From NCBI RefSeq assembly GCF_001194135.2, contig NC_068987.1, forward strand, positions 23,780,248 to 23,844,247: a stretch of 64,000 nucleotides of DNA. The letters run 5' to 3'. This stretch comes from Octopus bimaculoides (taxonomy: Eukaryota). Within the stretch, counting starts at the first letter, position 1. Each line of letters opens with the position of its first letter. The notes under the pieces are model-generated. The model worked only from the letters and a program-made list of their open reading frames with translations. It ran no database searches and was not told the DNA's origin. Below, piece after piece: positions 60,793-64,000 of this stretch. The position numbers were made by a program, and so were the translations under genes.

Positions 60793-61539
60793 ATTTTATT
60801 TTAAATTCGTTTTAATAAAAACAACCATTTTTTTTTTAAAGGTCCAAATAAGCTTGCTATACAAGTGTCTGTCTTATATAAAAACTAGGATAGCAGTTTT
60901 GAATGTTAAACCTTTCTAAATACTATCACACACACACACAATGATGCAACCAGGCCATATTTTACTCAGTTGAGTAAAGTGTCATCCAACTGATGTTTAT
61001 CGGTAATTGAACTTAATTTGCAACAGCTGTGCATGTTTACTAGCTTTGTTTTTGTTGATAATTCCTATCAACAAATTTTCCTGTGATCCTGATTTGAGAA
61101 GATATACAGCAATATGCTAAAGGTCGGACAATAATCTCTTGTGGGCAAGAAATGTAAAATCAAGTTTATTATAAACAACAGAAACACTTTGTAATTTAAA
61201 AGCTTTTAATGTGAGCGGAGGTAAAGAATATGAACACCTGGTGGTTAGGGTTAAGCTAAAGACAGGTGGTATGCATAATCTTTACCTCTGCCTTTAATAT
61301 GATACCTGTTAAACAGAAATTATTTTTATTTAATGAAAATTTAATAAAAGCTAATCATAAGTAAGTGAAATTATGCTAAATACAACTAAATTGAAAACCT
61401 TTTCCTTTTGACCATATCGGCAATTCTGAAAACTTTTGGGTGTAAATTTTACATGAAGCTTTTTTTAAACAATTTTCATCCTGAAAATCACCTGCATAAA
61501 TTACATAGGTGTGCAAATTACATGGGTTTTTATGAGGTG

Positions 61540-61571
<32 letters not shown>

Positions 61572-63911
61572 TGCATGCATCATATGATACAATTAAAACA
61601 TTTGCCATTGGGGGCTTTACTCTCAGATCATCTTATATGTTACATGTTTGATTGATCAAAACGTGAGAGTTTACAAGAAGCAAGCAGTGTTCTGAGTGGT
61701 AATGCAATCTTTTCATACCATTTGGGTATGTGCTAACATACAAACCCGTACAGAAAGTGTGACTGAGGCTTCCAAATTAAAATTACCCTCATTAATACTT
61801 ATGCATTGACAGCACCTACTGACTGACATTCACTGAGGATAATCTTATTCATTTTTGAGTAATAACCAACAGCGTGTGTGTGTGTGTGTACACAAATATA
61901 TGCTTACAATGTAGCAGGTGGAAGTGTATATGAAACAGAGTCACAATAACAATAAAAGCAACACACCCCTTTCTGAACAGTGTGGAAACCAACAAAAGTC
62001 TATGCACCTAAACTTCCAAAAGAAAACATATCACTAAATATCAATAGTAACTAATATCTTAGCTAAGGAAGAAAAATTACTAAATTGTGGGTCAGCTTTC
62101 AACTCATTTCAATGTGTTTCTATATCTTTTAATCCCAACTTTGTTCAGCTATAGTCAATAGTTTACTTCTGGCTCAAACTTAACTCCTTTAAGTCAATCC
62201 AATGTTAATGCTGTATTCCATGAAGAACCACATCTTAATTCAGTTCAACAGAGATATTTCAGGCATGGCTGAGTGGTCAAGAAAGTTTGCCTTACAACCA
62301 CATGGTTTCAGATTCAGAAGAATATGTTTGAAGACACGATAATCACAACTGTCTTTGAATGTGCCCCAACTTATATAGCCTGTTATTATAAGTCTACTAA
62401 ATAAGAATGTTAACAACAATTATAATTTTGTTTCCTCAGAGAGAGAAATATAGCAGACACAAAGAGTCATAAAGACTCCTAAAAATGTCAGTTCATAGAG
62501 ATACAATCTTTCTTCTGATTCTTCTTATTTAAAAAAAAAAAGGAACAGATTATCTTTGTGGACACGGTTATAAAATGTATAAAATGTCGAGTTAGCACTT
62601 CCCACAAACCAGAAAACTGTTTTCTTAATGTTTTACAGGTGTTATTCTATGAAAGATAGAGAAAATGTAGAATTAAATGCCTTGCCCAGAGACACATCAA
62701 CATAGCTACAGCAGGATATGAACTCACAATCTTTAAGTCTTATTCACTCAACCATAAAGCACAGCTGTCACAAAAGCATTCTGTACATTAATATATATAT
62801 GACTAACAAATCNNNNNNNNNNNNNNNNNNNNNNNNNNNNNNNNNNNNNNNNNNNNNNNNNNNNNNNNNNNNNNNNNNNNNNNNNNNNNNNNNNNNNNNN
62901 NNNNNNNNNNNNNNNNNNNNNNNNNNNNNNNNNNNNNNNNNNNNNNNNNNNNNNNNNNNNNNNNNNNNNNNNNNNNNNNNNNNNNNNNNNNNNNNNNNNN
63001 NNNNNNNNNNNNNNNNNNNNNNNNNNNNNNNNNNNNNNNNNNNNNNNNNNNNNNNNNNNNNNNNNNNNNNNNNNNNNNNNNNNNNNNNNNNNNNNNNNNN
63101 NNNNNNNNNNNNNNNNNNNNNNNNNNNNNNNNNNNNNNNNNNNNNNNNNNNNNNNNNNNNNNNNNNNNNNNNNNNNNNNNNNNNNNNNNNNNNNNNNAAA
63201 CAACCGCTTGCTCATTCAATACTATTTCTTTTTAATGATTTATTCAAAGGAAGAAAGGAAGTACCCCATAGTCTTTCTTGGGGTTTCCACAGCTGGTGAA
63301 GCAAAAGAAAGAGCTATTCTCAGAGTCCAAACTGGGCCCAAATGCTTGCAAGTGTTTGCACTCTATTAAAGGTATCTAAGAGTCATGTGACAATGTTAAA
63401 CTGGGTGATGGATAAAGTCATCCAGTTTAGCACAGATTAAGCATATTGGGTGACCTTGTGGCTAGAGGTTTACCAATTGCATTTGGAGGAGGAGGAGGAG
63501 GAGGAGATAATAACAGCAGCAGCAGTGCAGCAACTTAACTTCATAAGCACTTGAACAATTGGAGCATACACTCACTGTGTACACACACACACATATACAC
63601 ACACAAGTAACTGAATGTACATTCAAATTGTGTACATGCACTCACACACACCATGCACAACAGAGTAGACACATATTCACATTGTATACACTTTACATTA
63701 AAGTATACACACATCAATGCATGTACAAAAAAGTCCATACACATTTTGTACATATATAAACACATCCGTGTAAGCACAAAAGTGAGTGTATACACATTAT
63801 GTACATACACACCAGTGCATGCACAAAAGTGTATAGACATTCACATTGTGAACATATATACGCACAGCCATATATGCACAAAAGTGAATTTATACACATT
63901 CATCCTGTGTA

Positions 63912-63946
<35 letters not shown>

Positions 63947-63959
<13 letters not shown>

Positions 63960-64000
63960 TGGCACTCCGTCACTTACGACGTCGAGGGTTCCAGTTGATC
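63947..64000 (-). mobile_element. SINE family D 3' end, runs off the window
   Basis: gttgttgttggcactccgtcacttacgacgtcgagggttccagttgatc; one mismatch to the 48710 copy over the shared stretch. Confidence 0.8.

Larger units (their letters stand above)
15308..63197. other. assembly gaps (N): 15308-15420, 24917-25473, 26255-26515, 27414-28390, 32498-32771, 40700-40709, 49000-49623, 51039-51360, 53977-54505, 62813-63197
   Basis: Runs of N, mostly bordered by microsatellites or SINEs; exons could be hidden inside them. Confidence 0.99.

Noticed and set aside
24859-63299. Long ORFs containing X runs
   Set aside because: Artefacts of reading through N gaps.

Overview
AT-rich, microsatellite- and SINE-laden eukaryotic draft-assembly DNA with ten N gaps. 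The repeat families point to an octopus genome (inference). One protein-coding gene dominates the window: a minus-strand SLAIN-family microtubule plus-end tracking protein, co-orthologous to vertebrate SLAIN1/SLAIN2. I could hand-splice eight GT-AG exons (51850-51705, 45595-45446, 23530-23360, 21562-21521, 15669-15556, 12302-12174, 11928-11598, 9552-9459) into one open frame of 1177 nt. It contains [49 protein letters not shown], three SxIP/SxLP motifs and the C-terminus DDSWKEGCF-stop. The 5' exon(s) encoding the coiled coil lie beyond the window or in a gap. The rest is intron or 3' flank, containing at least four SINE families, piggyBac- and hAT-type MITEs, decayed Tc1, mariner, Penelope and CR1-like fragments, minisatellites and four long fold-back inverted repeats. 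Almost all ORF-track entries are spurious (microsatellite or gap read-through). I found no convincing new multi-gene system. The best leads are candidate cassette, poison and micro-exons of SLAIN (including a frame-preserving exon with a single UAG that might be rescued by A-to-I editing) and the intronic fold-backs as potential ADAR substrates. All of these are hypotheses.
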